A stretch of 34,294 nucleotides of DNA from Halobacteria archaeon (GCA_013041945.1 JABDRC010000256.1:1-34294), one strand, 5' to 3'. Counted from the first letter of the stretch, positions 9,879 through 17,751 are shown. A program made the numbers and translations. Notes: a model not told the origin generated them from the sequence alone.

Positions 9879-10205
9879 ATGGATTTCTTTATATCGGATG
9901 CAATGGCGCAGTCACCACAGCCACAGGGTGATGCGCTGATGGGCTTTCTGCCCCTGATCGTCATATTTGTCGTTTTTTATTTCCTGCTGATACGTCCGCA
10001 GAGCAAGAAGGCGAAAGATCATCGCGAGATGGTGGCGGCCCTGGCCAAGGGCGACGAGGTGGTCACCAGCGGCGGCATGCTCGGCAAGATCAGCAAGGTG
10101 GACGAGAGTTTCGTCGAACTGGATGTTGCAGAAGGAGTGACCGTCAAGATTCAGCGCCAGGCCGTCGCTAACCTGATGCCCAAGGGCACCATCAAGGGAG
10201 CCTGA
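9879..10205 (+). CDS. yajC: Preprotein translocase subunit YajC
   Basis: Internal ATG of track ORF 9756..10205, preceded by GAGGGG. The product starts MDFFISDAMAQ and contains FLPLIVIFVVFYFLLIRPQSKKAKDH, the typical YajC TM and basic motif. Confidence 0.88.
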   Translation: MDFFISDAMAQSPQPQGDALMGFLPLIVIFVVFYFLLIRPQSKKAKDHREMVAALAKGDEVVTSGGMLGKISKVDESFVELDVAEGVTVKIQRQAVANLMPKGTIKGA

Positions 10206-10228
10206 TCCCCCGAAAGGACGTACCGGTA

Positions 10229-12085
10229 ATGAATCGCTATCCACTCTGGAAACACATATTGCTGATCACGGTGATCGTGGTCGGCTGTATTTATGCCTTG
10301 CCGAACCTGTACGGCGAGGATCCTGCACTGCAGATATCCGGCGTGCGGCAGGCCGAAGTCGACGACACCGTGTCGGCCACCGTGGCGCGTGTGCTGGGCG
10401 ATGCCGGTATCGGGATCAAGCTTCTGGAGCGTGGCGAAGGGAAGATCATGGTGCGCTTCGAGGACACCGAGACGCAGCTGAAGGCCGCGGATTACGTCAA
10501 GGCGGCACTTGGCACTGATTATGTCGTCGCCTTCAATCTCGCCCCGGCGACACCGGCGTGGCTGACGTCGTTCAATGCCTTGCCGATGTATCTCGGCCTG
10601 GACCTGCGCGGCGGCGTACACTTCCTGATGGAAGTCGACATGCAGGCAGCCGGCAAACAGGCGATCGAACGCTACACCACCGAGATACGTACGCTGTTGC
10701 GCGAGGAGAAGATCCGCTATGCCTTGCTGCGGGCAGAGCAGGCGGGTGTGCGGGTCGTATTTCGCAGCGAGGAAGACCGCGCCAGGGCCGAGTCTCTGCT
10801 GCGCAAGAATTTTCCCACACTGGTGACCGAGTCGGCGGAGACGACCGGCAAGCCGGAATTCACCACCCGCCCGAGCGAGCAGGAAACGCGCGAAACACAG
10901 CAGTTCGCCCTGCAGCAGAATATCCTGACCCTGCGCAACCGGGTCAACGAACTGGGTGTGGCCGAGCCGGTCATCCAGCAGCAGGGTGCCAGCCGTATCG
11001 TGGTGCAGCTGCCGGGCGTACAGGATCCGGGCCAGGCAAAGCGCATTCTCGGCGCGACCGCCACGCTCGAGTACCGTGCGGTCGATATCGAGCACGACCT
11101 GGAGCGCGCCATTGCCGGCAAGGTGCCGGCCGGTTCCCGACTCTACCGTGAGCGCAAGGGCGGCCATGTGCTGCTGAAAAAATCCGTGATCGCGACCGGT
11201 GACCAGATCGTCAATGCACGCTCCGGTTTCGATTCCATGAGCGGATCGCCGATGGTGTCGGTGACCCTGGATGCGAAGGGCGCGCGTTCGATGCTCAGGT
11301 TCACCAAGGAGAACGTGGGCAAGCCCATGGCGGTGGTGTTCATCGAGAACCGGAGCGAGACGAAGATTGTCGACGGCGAGCCGGTCAAGCGTCCGGTCAA
11401 GGTGGAAGAGGTTGTCAGTGTCGCGACCATCCGCGACGTATTCAGCAGCCGCTTCCAGACCACCGGGCTGGACAGTTCGCGCGAGGCCCAGGAACTGGCG
11501 CTGATCCTGCGCTCCGGCGCACTGGCCGCGCCGATCGAGATTGTCGAGGAGCGAACCGTCGGTCCCAGCCTCGGCAAGGACAATATCCGGCAGGGCTTCA
11601 ATTCGGTCATGATCGGCTTCTGCGTCGTGCTGGTATTCATGGCCCTTTACTACCGGGTGTTCGGTCTGGTTGCCGACCTTGCCCTGACACTGAACCTGGT
11701 GCTGATCGTGGCGATCCTGTCGATGCTGCAGGCCACCCTGACCCTGCCGGGTATCGCCGGTATCGTGCTGACCGTGGGTATGGCGGTGGATGCCAACGTG
11801 CTTATTTTCGAGCGTATCCGCGAGGAACTGCGCAACGGCAACAGTCCGCAGGCCAGCATCCATGCCGGCTATGAAAAGGCCCTGTCGACCATTGCGGATG
11901 CCAATATCACCACGCTGATCGCGGCGATCGTGCTGCTCAGTTTCGGCACCGGTCCGGTCAAGGGATTCGCAGTCACCCTGTCGATCGGGATCCTGACCTC
12001 GATGTTCACCGCGATCTTCGGCACACGCGCCGTCATCAACCTGGTATACGGTGGCCGCCGGCGTGTTGCACAACTGATGATCTGA
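10229..12085 (+). CDS. secD: Protein translocase subunit SecD
   Basis: 618-aa ORF. It has an N-terminal TM, a large periplasmic domain and a C-terminal 5-TM block (GIAGIVLTVGMAVDANVLIFERIREE). Sits in yajC-secD-secF synteny. Confidence 0.93.
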   Translation: MNRYPLWKHILLITVIVVGCIYALPNLYGEDPALQISGVRQAEVDDTVSATVARVLGDAGIGIKLLERGEGKIMVRFEDTETQLKAADYVKAALGTDYVVAFNLAPATPAWLTSFNALPMYLGLDLRGGVHFLMEVDMQAAGKQAIERYTTEIRTLLREEKIRYALLRAEQAGVRVVFRSEEDRARAESLLRKNFPTLVTESAETTGKPEFTTRPSEQETRETQQFALQQNILTLRNRVNELGVAEPVIQQQGASRIVVQLPGVQDPGQAKRILGATATLEYRAVDIEHDLERAIAGKVPAGSRLYRERKGGHVLLKKSVIATGDQIVNARSGFDSMSGSPMVSVTLDAKGARSMLRFTKENVGKPMAVVFIENRSETKIVDGEPVKRPVKVEEVVSVATIRDVFSSRFQTTGLDSSREAQELALILRSGALAAPIEIVEERTVGPSLGKDNIRQGFNSVMIGFCVVLVFMALYYRVFGLVADLALTLNLVLIVAILSMLQATLTLPGIAGIVLTVGMAVDANVLIFERIREELRNGNSPQASIHAGYEKALSTIADANITTLIAAIVLLSFGTGPVKGFAVTLSIGILTSMFTAIFGTRAVINLVYGGRRRVAQLMI

Positions 12086-12104
12086 GGATGTGAAGGAACA
12101 GACT

Positions 12105-13046
12105 ATGCGGCTCTCAAAAGGCAAACTGGCTATCGATTTCATGGGCATGCGCTACATTGCCCTGGTCCTGTCCTCGATTCTTGTGATCGCCTCGATTGCC
12201 TCGCTGGCAACGCGCGGTCTCAATTTTGGCATCGACTTCACCGGGGGGACCCTGGTCGAGGTCGGTTATCCGCAGGCGGTCGACCTGGCAAATGTGCGCA
12301 GCGCGCTTGCTGACGCCCGCTATGAGCAGGTGCAGGTCCAGCACTTCGGTGCCTCCAGCGAAGTACTGATCAGGATCCCGCCGCGGGCCGGCAAGGAGAG
12401 TGCACAGATCAGCGAGGATGTGCTGGCGGCGCTGGCAAAACAGGAGGCTGCCGTCGACATGCGGCGCGTGGAATTTGTCGGTCCACAGGTCGGCGAGGAA
12501 CTGACGGAGCAGGGTGGGCTGGCGATGATCTACGCGCTGATCGGCATCCTTATCTATATCGTCGTGCGTTTCCAGTGGCGGTTCGCACCGGGCGCCGTGA
12601 TTGCGCTGGTGCACGACGTCACCATCACCATGGGATTCTTTTCCCTGTTCCAGTTTGATTTCAACCTGACGGTACTGGCCGCATTACTGGCCGTGATCGG
12701 TTACTCGCTCAACGACACCATCGTGGTGTTTGACAGGATACGGGAGAATTTCCGCAAGGTACGCAAGAGCTCGCCGATCGATATCATGAATATGTCGATC
12801 AACCAGACTATCTCCCGTACCTTGATGACATCGGTTACCACCCTGCTGGTGCTGACGTCGCTGTTCGTGTTCGGCGGCGAGGTCATTCACGCCTTCTCGC
12901 TGGCGCTCATCGTCGGAGTAGTGATCGGTACCTACTCGTCGATCTTTGTTGCCAGCACCACGGCCCTGGCGCTGGGTGTCAGCAAGTCGGATCTGATGCC
13001 GGTTGTGCGTAGCGGGGATAACGAGACCGATCGCGCCGGACCCTGA
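12105..13046 (+). CDS. secF: Protein translocase subunit SecF
   Basis: GLNFGIDFTGGT and the LNDTIVVFDRIREN motifs are present. ATG 12105 has AAGGA 8 nt upstream. The track start, GTG 12090, is the alternative. Confidence 0.92.
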   Translation: MRLSKGKLAIDFMGMRYIALVLSSILVIASIASLATRGLNFGIDFTGGTLVEVGYPQAVDLANVRSALADARYEQVQVQHFGASSEVLIRIPPRAGKESAQISEDVLAALAKQEAAVDMRRVEFVGPQVGEELTEQGGLAMIYALIGILIYIVVRFQWRFAPGAVIALVHDVTITMGFFSLFQFDFNLTVLAALLAVIGYSLNDTIVVFDRIRENFRKVRKSSPIDIMNMSINQTISRTLMTSVTTLLVLTSLFVFGGEVIHAFSLALIVGVVIGTYSSIFVASTTALALGVSKSDLMPVVRSGDNETDRAGP

Positions 13047-13060
13047 GGCCGCAGCGGCCG

Positions 13061-13267
13061 TCAGCTGCCGGGCTTGCCCGTAAACGGGATGACGTCTGCG
13101 CAGTCAGCCAGGCCCCGCGCGGGCCTTTCCACGGCAACAATTTCCATGGTTGCGGTATCACCGTCGATGCAGGCCTCGCTGGTAAAGTCCTGCATGCCCT
13201 GCAGTACATCGTGCATGATCGATTCAAGCGCGGAGCCAATGATGCGACGACCGGTTTTGTGCGCCAT
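13061..13267 (-). CDS. Hypothetical small protein (68 aa)
   Basis: Internal ATG of track ORF 13061..13321, with GAGGGGGG 6 nt upstream. Third-position GC is coding-like. Product: MAHKTGRRIIGSALESIMHDVLQGMQDFTSEACIDGDTATMEIVAVERPARGLADCADVIPFTGKPGS. I recognise no family. Confidence 0.4.
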   Translation of the reverse strand: MAHKTGRRIIGSALESIMHDVLQGMQDFTSEACIDGDTATMEIVAVERPARGLADCADVIPFTGKPGS

Positions 13268-13359
13268 GCGACACCCCCCTCTGCATTGACTGTCTACAGA
13301 AAGCGTATCGACAGGCGACATACTGCCTTGAGCGGGGCGCCCGGGCCGGCGCGGGATGG

Positions 13360-14157
13360 TCAGTGGGCCAGGTCGGGCGTGACGTGCGGCCTGATGGTCT
13401 TGAGAATCTCTGCAAAGACCTTGGGATTGCCGGCAACCAGGTTGCCGCTTTCGAGGTGGTTGTGACCGCCGCTGAAGTCGCTGGACAGGCCGCCGGCCTC
13501 CTGGATCAGCAGCACACCGGCAGCCATATCCCAGGTGCTGAGGCCGATTTCCCAGAACCCGTCCAGTCGGCCGCCGGCCACGTAGGCCAGGTCGAGTGCG
13601 GCGGAGCCGGCACGGCGAATGCCGGCCGTTTGCGGAAACAGGGCACGGAACATGTCCAGGTAGGTGTCCAGGTGGTGCTGGGCCCTGAACGGAAAGCCGG
13701 TACCGAGCAGCGCGCCCTCCAGGCCGGTGCGGTTGCTCACGCGGAGGCGCCGGTCGTTGAGCATGGCGCCGTCGCCGCGCGTGGCGGTGAACAACTCCTG
13801 GCTGAGCGGGTCGTAGACGACGGCCTGTTCCAGCCGGCCCTTGTGCCGGAGTGCTATCGACACGGCAAACTGCGGAAAGCCGTGCAGAAAGTTGGTGGTG
13901 CCGTCCAGCGGGTCAATAATCCACTGGAAATCATCACCGCTGGTCTGTCCGCTTTCCTCCGCAAGGATCGCGTGGTCCGGGTAGGCCTTGCGCAGGATGG
14001 CGATGATTTCGTTCTCGGCATCCCGGTCGACCTCGGTGACGAAATCGTTGCGCTCCTTCACCTGAACGGAAATGCTGTCCAGTCTCGCCATGCTGCGGCT
14101 GATGACGTTTCCGGCGCTGCGCGCGGCACGCACGGCGATATTCAACATGGGATGCAT
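13360..14157 (-). CDS. suhB: Inositol monophosphatase family protein SuhB
   Basis: 265-aa ORF. It has MHPMLNIAVRAARSAG, WIIDPLDGTTNF and the AAGVLLIQEAGG motif. Confidence 0.92.
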   Translation of the reverse strand: MHPMLNIAVRAARSAGNVISRSMARLDSISVQVKERNDFVTEVDRDAENEIIAILRKAYPDHAILAEESGQTSGDDFQWIIDPLDGTTNFLHGFPQFAVSIALRHKGRLEQAVVYDPLSQELFTATRGDGAMLNDRRLRVSNRTGLEGALLGTGFPFRAQHHLDTYLDMFRALFPQTAGIRRAGSAALDLAYVAGGRLDGFWEIGLSTWDMAAGVLLIQEAGGLSSDFSGGHNHLESGNLVAGNPKVFAEILKTIRPHVTPDLAH

Positions 14158-14262
14158 ACGGGTGTTCCGGCTGGCTGGCGGTTATGAACGGCTGCGAAGC
14201 ATAACAGAGTTGACCAGCGGCCGGAATGCGTGCCGCTGTCAGTTGTACACGGAGATGCAGGC

Positions 14263-14574
14263 TCAGCGCTTCTGGTGTTTGTACTTCTTGCGCAGGCGCT
14301 CGCGTTCCCGGGGCGACATGTTCTTGTATTCATCACGCTTGCGCCTGACCGCCTCGCGCTTGTTGGGCGGCAGGTCCAGGTATTTGCGTGCGCCCTGCCT
14401 GAGACGTGACTGTTTGTTCCGGTCGAGCCTGGACCAGTCCTTGCGATGCTTTTTCAGAACTTCCTGCTCGCCGTTGCTCAGGTTCTGCCAGGGAATGCCG
14501 TTGTCGGCGAGGGCAGGCGCAGTGCCGGCCAGGCAGGTCAACAGCAGGGCAATCATCAGGGTCCGGAAGTTCAT
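14263..14574 (-). CDS. DUF3106-like periplasmic protein (signal peptide, basic helical repeats)
   Basis: Last 103 aa of track ORF 14263..15153. Signal peptide is MNFRTLMIALLLTCLAGTAPALA. It is followed by W..L....Q..L and R..R-rich repeats (WQNLSNGEQEVLKKHRKDWSRL, MSPRERERLRKKY). The ATG lies 1 nt after the anti-sigma stop. The family call is from pattern memory only. Confidence 0.6.
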   Translation of the reverse strand: MNFRTLMIALLLTCLAGTAPALADNGIPWQNLSNGEQEVLKKHRKDWSRLDRNKQSRLRQGARKYLDLPPNKREAVRRKRDEYKNMSPRERERLRKKYKHQKR

Positions 14575-14575
14575 G

Positions 14576-15031
14576 TCAGGTACTGCCGTTGTCGGTCTCG
14601 CTCTCATTCTGGTTGGCCAGCCACAGGTAGAAATCAAGGTCTTCGTAGATGTCCGGCACCATCCGGGTTTCGGCCACCATATTATTTGTATCAATGCCGG
14701 GCCGGGTTGTCCAGAGGCCCACGGTAACGGCCAGCACCAGGGTTGCGGCCGCCGCATAGGGCAGCAGCGACCGGTGACGTTTATTTGCGCTGCCGCCGTC
14801 CGCCAGTGCCTGCCGGCGTGCTGTCTGCAGCGCACTGCCGATGCTGCCGGTGTCAACCTGCGGTCCCAGCGCATTCGGATCCAGCTGTCGCCAGATGCCG
14901 GTGTGTATACGACAGTGTTCGCAGCCGGCCAGGTGTTGCTCGATGGCGGCTTTTTCCTCGGGCCGGTCGTCCAGCAACCCGGCGCGCAAACGGTCCAGTT
15001 GTTCGGTGTCAGGATGTCGTTGGTTGTGCAT
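14576..15031 (-). CDS. Anti-sigma factor (zf-HC2), single TM, short acidic periplasmic tail
   Basis: 151-aa ORF. The HLAGCEHC motif fits H-x3-C-x2-C. TM helix is LLPYAAAATLVLAVTVGLW. The 44-aa periplasmic tail is rich in D/E. It overlaps the 3-prime end of the ECF sigma gene by 23 nt. Confidence 0.75.
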   Translation of the reverse strand: MHNQRHPDTEQLDRLRAGLLDDRPEEKAAIEQHLAGCEHCRIHTGIWRQLDPNALGPQVDTGSIGSALQTARRQALADGGSANKRHRSLLPYAAAATLVLAVTVGLWTTRPGIDTNNMVAETRMVPDIYEDLDFYLWLANQNESETDNGST

Positions 15032-15605
15032 GGGTCCACACCTCCGCCAGTTGTTTTCTTAATGCTCTCATCGCCCTGAAATGGTGTTGCTTGATACTGT
15101 TTTCCGAGCATCCCAGTGTCCGGGCGGTTTCCCGTATGCTCAGGCCGCGCCACTCGCGGAGAATGAATACCTGGCGCTGGCGCTCCGGCAGTGCCAGCAT
15201 CGCGTCTTCGACCTTCCCCCTGATTTCGCTGGCGACGTACTCGACCTCGGGGGCAGTAATACCGTCCGTTCGTTCGGCATCCGGCAGCTCGTACTCCGCG
15301 GTTGCCTGGCTGTCGTCCTTCTGCCTGAACAGCCCGGTCAGCGATACCAGCTTGTGCTTGCCCTGCTCGATCATGCGGCGACGGCGGATATCGTTGATCT
15401 TGCTGTTCAGCACAGTGCGGAACAGTGCGGGCCAGTCCTGTTCCGGCTTGCCGCGGTAATACTCGACCATCCGCAGCATGCTGTCCTGTACGGCGTCCAG
15501 CGCAGCCTCCCGGTCCCAGAGGGCGGCGTAGGCCACATAAAAGGCCTTTTCCTCGTGCGCGACAAAGAAACTTTCCAGCTGCTGGTTGTTGTTGTCCGGT
15601 TCCAA
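15009..15605 (-). CDS. ECF-type RNA polymerase sigma factor
   Basis: C-terminal 198 aa of track ORF 15009..16043. Region 2 is ALDAVQDSMLRMVEYY. Region 4 is LPERQRQVFILREWRGLSIRETARTLGCSENSIKQHHFRAMRALRKQL. The start is assigned to TTG 15605 because the only upstream ATG (15734) would overlap the His-rich gene by about 60 nt. The start is uncertain. Confidence 0.75.
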   Translation of the reverse strand: MEPDNNNQQLESFFVAHEEKAFYVAYAALWDREAALDAVQDSMLRMVEYYRGKPEQDWPALFRTVLNSKINDIRRRRMIEQGKHKLVSLTGLFRQKDDSQATAEYELPDAERTDGITAPEVEYVASEIRGKVEDAMLALPERQRQVFILREWRGLSIRETARTLGCSENSIKQHHFRAMRALRKQLAEVWTHAQPTTS

Positions 15606-15625
15606 GGTGGCACCCGTTGAACGGA

Positions 15626-15659
15626 CCGCAGGACGACCGTGATGCGGTCGTCCCTGCGG
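15626..15659 (-). other. Strong intercistronic RNA hairpin between the His-rich gene and the ECF sigma gene
   Basis: The minus strand reads CCGCAGGGACGACCG-CATCA-CGGTCGTCCTGCGG. That gives 9 perfect bp plus 5 more after a one-base bulge, with a 5-nt loop. No U-tract follows. Confidence 0.45.
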
Positions 15660-15672
15660 GGGGATTGGACGG

Positions 15673-16305
15673 CTACAGACGTCCAGTATAACCCAGGCCA
15701 GTCCGGGAGCGGGTGCTGTGCCGATTTCTGTCATGTCTGTTTCCATCCCGATGCTGCGAGTCATGACGATCACCGCGGTGTTTGCGGTCTCCGTCGTGCT
15801 TGCCGTGATGACGGTCACCGCGGTGTTTGCGGTCTCCGTCGTGCTTGCCGTGATGACGGTCACCGCGGTATTTGCGGTCCCCATCATGCTTGCCGTGATG
15901 ACGGTCACCGTGGTGTTTGCGGTCTCCGTCATACTTGCCGTGATGACGGTCACCGTGGTGTTTGCGGTCTCCGTCATGGCGGTCGTAATGGCGGTTGTGC
16001 TTGCCATGTCCTTTGTGTCGGTCATGGTCGTCATGACGGTCATGGTGGCGTCTCAGGTTTTTCCAGTAGTGTCTGCCATGGTGCTTGCCGTGTTTGAAGT
16101 GTTGGTGGTGCTTGCGGTGCTTGTGGTGAGGCCGGCGATCACGGTGTTTGTAGTTGTAACCGTGGTCAGAGTAATACGGGTAGTCGTAATCCCCGCTGTA
16201 ATAGTGGACGGATGATTTTCCACCATGCGCACTGGCCGGGGCGGTCAAGCCGAGGCTCAGCGCGGCAGCCAGCAGGGCCGGGGTAATCAGGGATCGTATC
16301 TTCAT
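15673..16305 (-). CDS. Secreted histidine-rich tandem-repeat protein (210 aa precursor)
   Basis: GGAG sits 7 nt before the ATG. The signal peptide is MKIRSLITPALLAAALSLGLTAPASA, ending before HGG. The mature part is dominated by H, D, R, K, G and Y, with repeats of HGKHDGDRKHRGDRH. It runs co-directionally with the flanking genes. Confidence 0.7.
   Translation of the reverse strand: MKIRSLITPALLAAALSLGLTAPASAHGGKSSVHYYSGDYDYPYYSDHGYNYKHRDRRPHHKHRKHHQHFKHGKHHGRHYWKNLRRHHDRHDDHDRHKGHGKHNRHYDRHDGDRKHHGDRHHGKYDGDRKHHGDRHHGKHDGDRKYRGDRHHGKHDGDRKHRGDRHHGKHDGDRKHRGDRHDSQHRDGNRHDRNRHSTRSRTGLGYTGRL
15763..15978. repeat. 45-bp tandem repeat, about 4.6 copies, in frame within the His-rich gene
   Basis: Unit (+ strand): ATGACGGTCACCGCGGTGTTTGCGGTCTCCGTCGTGCTTGCCGTG. 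Copies start at 15763, 15808, 15853, 15898 and 15943 (the last is partial), with a few substitutions per copy. Confidence 0.9.
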
Positions 16306-16338
16306 GGTGCGGCTCCATTTTTGTTAACTCGAATACAG

Positions 16339-16366
16339 TTAACGCGGCTCCGCGGATTTGGTTAAC
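16339..16366 (-). promoter_or_regulatory. Candidate ECF-type promoter (GTTAAC-N16-CGTTAA) upstream of the His-rich gene
   Basis: The minus strand reads GTTAAC (16366-16361), then 16 nt, then CGTTAA (16344-16339). This matches the generic ECF architecture AAC-N16-CGT. It lies about 35 nt upstream of the ATG at 16305, inside the 64-nt psd / His-rich spacer. Confidence 0.35.
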
Positions 16367-16369
16367 GCC

Positions 16370-17263
16370 TCAGGCGGGATTTTCCGCCTGCCGGGTACCG
16401 ATCTCCCGGCCCATCGTGACGGCCCCGCCGGGATTGAGCGTATCGCTCCACTGTGCCTGGCCGGGTCCGAACAGCAGGATCACCGTCGAGCCCATGTTGA
16501 AGCGGCCCAGCTCGGCCCCGCGTGGCAGTTCACGGGGCTGCTGTCCGTCAGCGGTGAAGTCGTGATGACTCCGCTGCATACGCAGGTGCGGATTGACGAT
16601 GCCGTCCCAGACGGTCTCCATGCAGGAGACGAAAATAGCGCCGACCAGGACCACGGCCATGGGACCGCTGTCGGTGTCGAAAAAGGCTACCAGCCGTTCG
16701 TTGCGCGTGAACAGGCGCTCGATCGCCCGGGTCGTGTGCGGGGCAACGCTGTAGAGCCGGCCCGGCACATAGACGGTTTCCGTCAGGCGACCGGTGCAGG
16801 GCATATGGATGCGGTGATAGTCGCGCGGCGACAGGTACAGGGTCGCAAACTGCCCGTCGGCGAAGCGGGCGGCATGCCCGCCATCGCCGCCGACCAGGCT
16901 GGTCAGCGAGTAATCATGTCCCTTGGCCTGCAGGATCCGGTCCCCGTCGATGCGGCCACAGGCGCTGACACGGCCATCCACCGGGCAGGCGATGGCATGC
17001 GCATCGGACGGCAGCGGCCGGGTGCCCTCGCGAAGCGCGCGGGTGAAGAAGGCATTGAAGTCGGCATAGTCTGTCGCGGTTCGTTCAGCCTCTGACATGT
17101 CGACGTCGAACAGGTGGATGAATCGCCCGATCAGGAAGTCTTTCCACCAGGTGGTCTGCCAGCGGGTCGCCTGCCGGACCAGTCGCGACAGCAGCTGGTG
17201 GGGCAGCAGCGCCAGCGGCCAGGATTTCAGATGGTCCAGCAAACGGGTGCCTGTGCGTGACAT
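16370..17263 (-). CDS. psd: Phosphatidylserine decarboxylase proenzyme
   Basis: 297-aa ORF. FNAFFTRAL is present, and the LGRFNMGSTVILLF self-cleavage (G-S) motif is typical of Psd. Confidence 0.92.
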   Translation of the reverse strand: MSRTGTRLLDHLKSWPLALLPHQLLSRLVRQATRWQTTWWKDFLIGRFIHLFDVDMSEAERTATDYADFNAFFTRALREGTRPLPSDAHAIACPVDGRVSACGRIDGDRILQAKGHDYSLTSLVGGDGGHAARFADGQFATLYLSPRDYHRIHMPCTGRLTETVYVPGRLYSVAPHTTRAIERLFTRNERLVAFFDTDSGPMAVVLVGAIFVSCMETVWDGIVNPHLRMQRSHHDFTADGQQPRELPRGAELGRFNMGSTVILLFGPGQAQWSDTLNPGGAVTMGREIGTRQAENPA

Positions 17264-17289
17264 GCAGCGGAGATGTTCCCTGGCCGGGG

Positions 17290-17751
17290 CTACGGGTGCT
17301 GGTCAAGGGTCATGCGGGCCACCGGCGCGTCGACGGCCAGGCAGGCCCCGTCTCTGACGTGCAACAGCAGCTCGACGCTGTCCCCGGCGGCCAGCGGCCG
17401 AGCCGGGTTGAACAGCATCAGGTGGTAGCCGCCCGGCTCGAGAACGAACGACTCACCGGCCGGTATCTCCAGCTGTTCGGCGGACAGCATGCGCGCCATA
17501 CCGTTTTCCATGACTGTCCGGTGGATTTCAACGGAACTGAAATCGGCGGCAGAGACGCCGGAAACGGTCGCGTGCGCCGTGCCGCGGTTGGTGATCTTCA
17601 GGTAACCGGCGAGTACCGTGGCACCGGGCGGTGCCTCGCGGACCCAGGCGTCGCTGACCACGAGATCCATCTCTGCGCTGGCCGGTAATACGGGTAACAG
17701 CACACCCAGCAGGGCCGCCAGCAACCCGGTACGAAACCGCGGATGACTCAC
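17290..17751 (-). CDS. Periplasmic copper chaperone PCu(A)C (DUF461)
   Basis: 153-aa ORF with a signal peptide. The copper-ligand pattern is HRTVMENGMARM ... GGYHLML (H(M)X10M ... HXM). There is a 4-nt overlap with the SCO1 gene. Confidence 0.85.
   Translation of the reverse strand: MSHPRFRTGLLAALLGVLLPVLPASAEMDLVVSDAWVREAPPGATVLAGYLKITNRGTAHATVSGVSAADFSSVEIHRTVMENGMARMLSAEQLEIPAGESFVLEPGGYHLMLFNPARPLAAGDSVELLLHVRDGACLAVDAPVARMTLDQHP

Noticed and set aside
15639-16215. Alternative frames across the 45-bp repeat. These are the hydrophobic + strand ORF 15718..16215 (MTVTAVFAVSVVLAV repeats), the + strand ORF 15639..16097, and the Thr-rich N-terminal extension of ORF 15009..16043.
   Set aside because: All frames stay open only because the repeat lacks stops. 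Only the 15673..16305 minus frame has a Shine-Dalgarno, a canonical signal peptide and the orientation of its neighbours. The others are mirror images of His codons (CAC/GTG).
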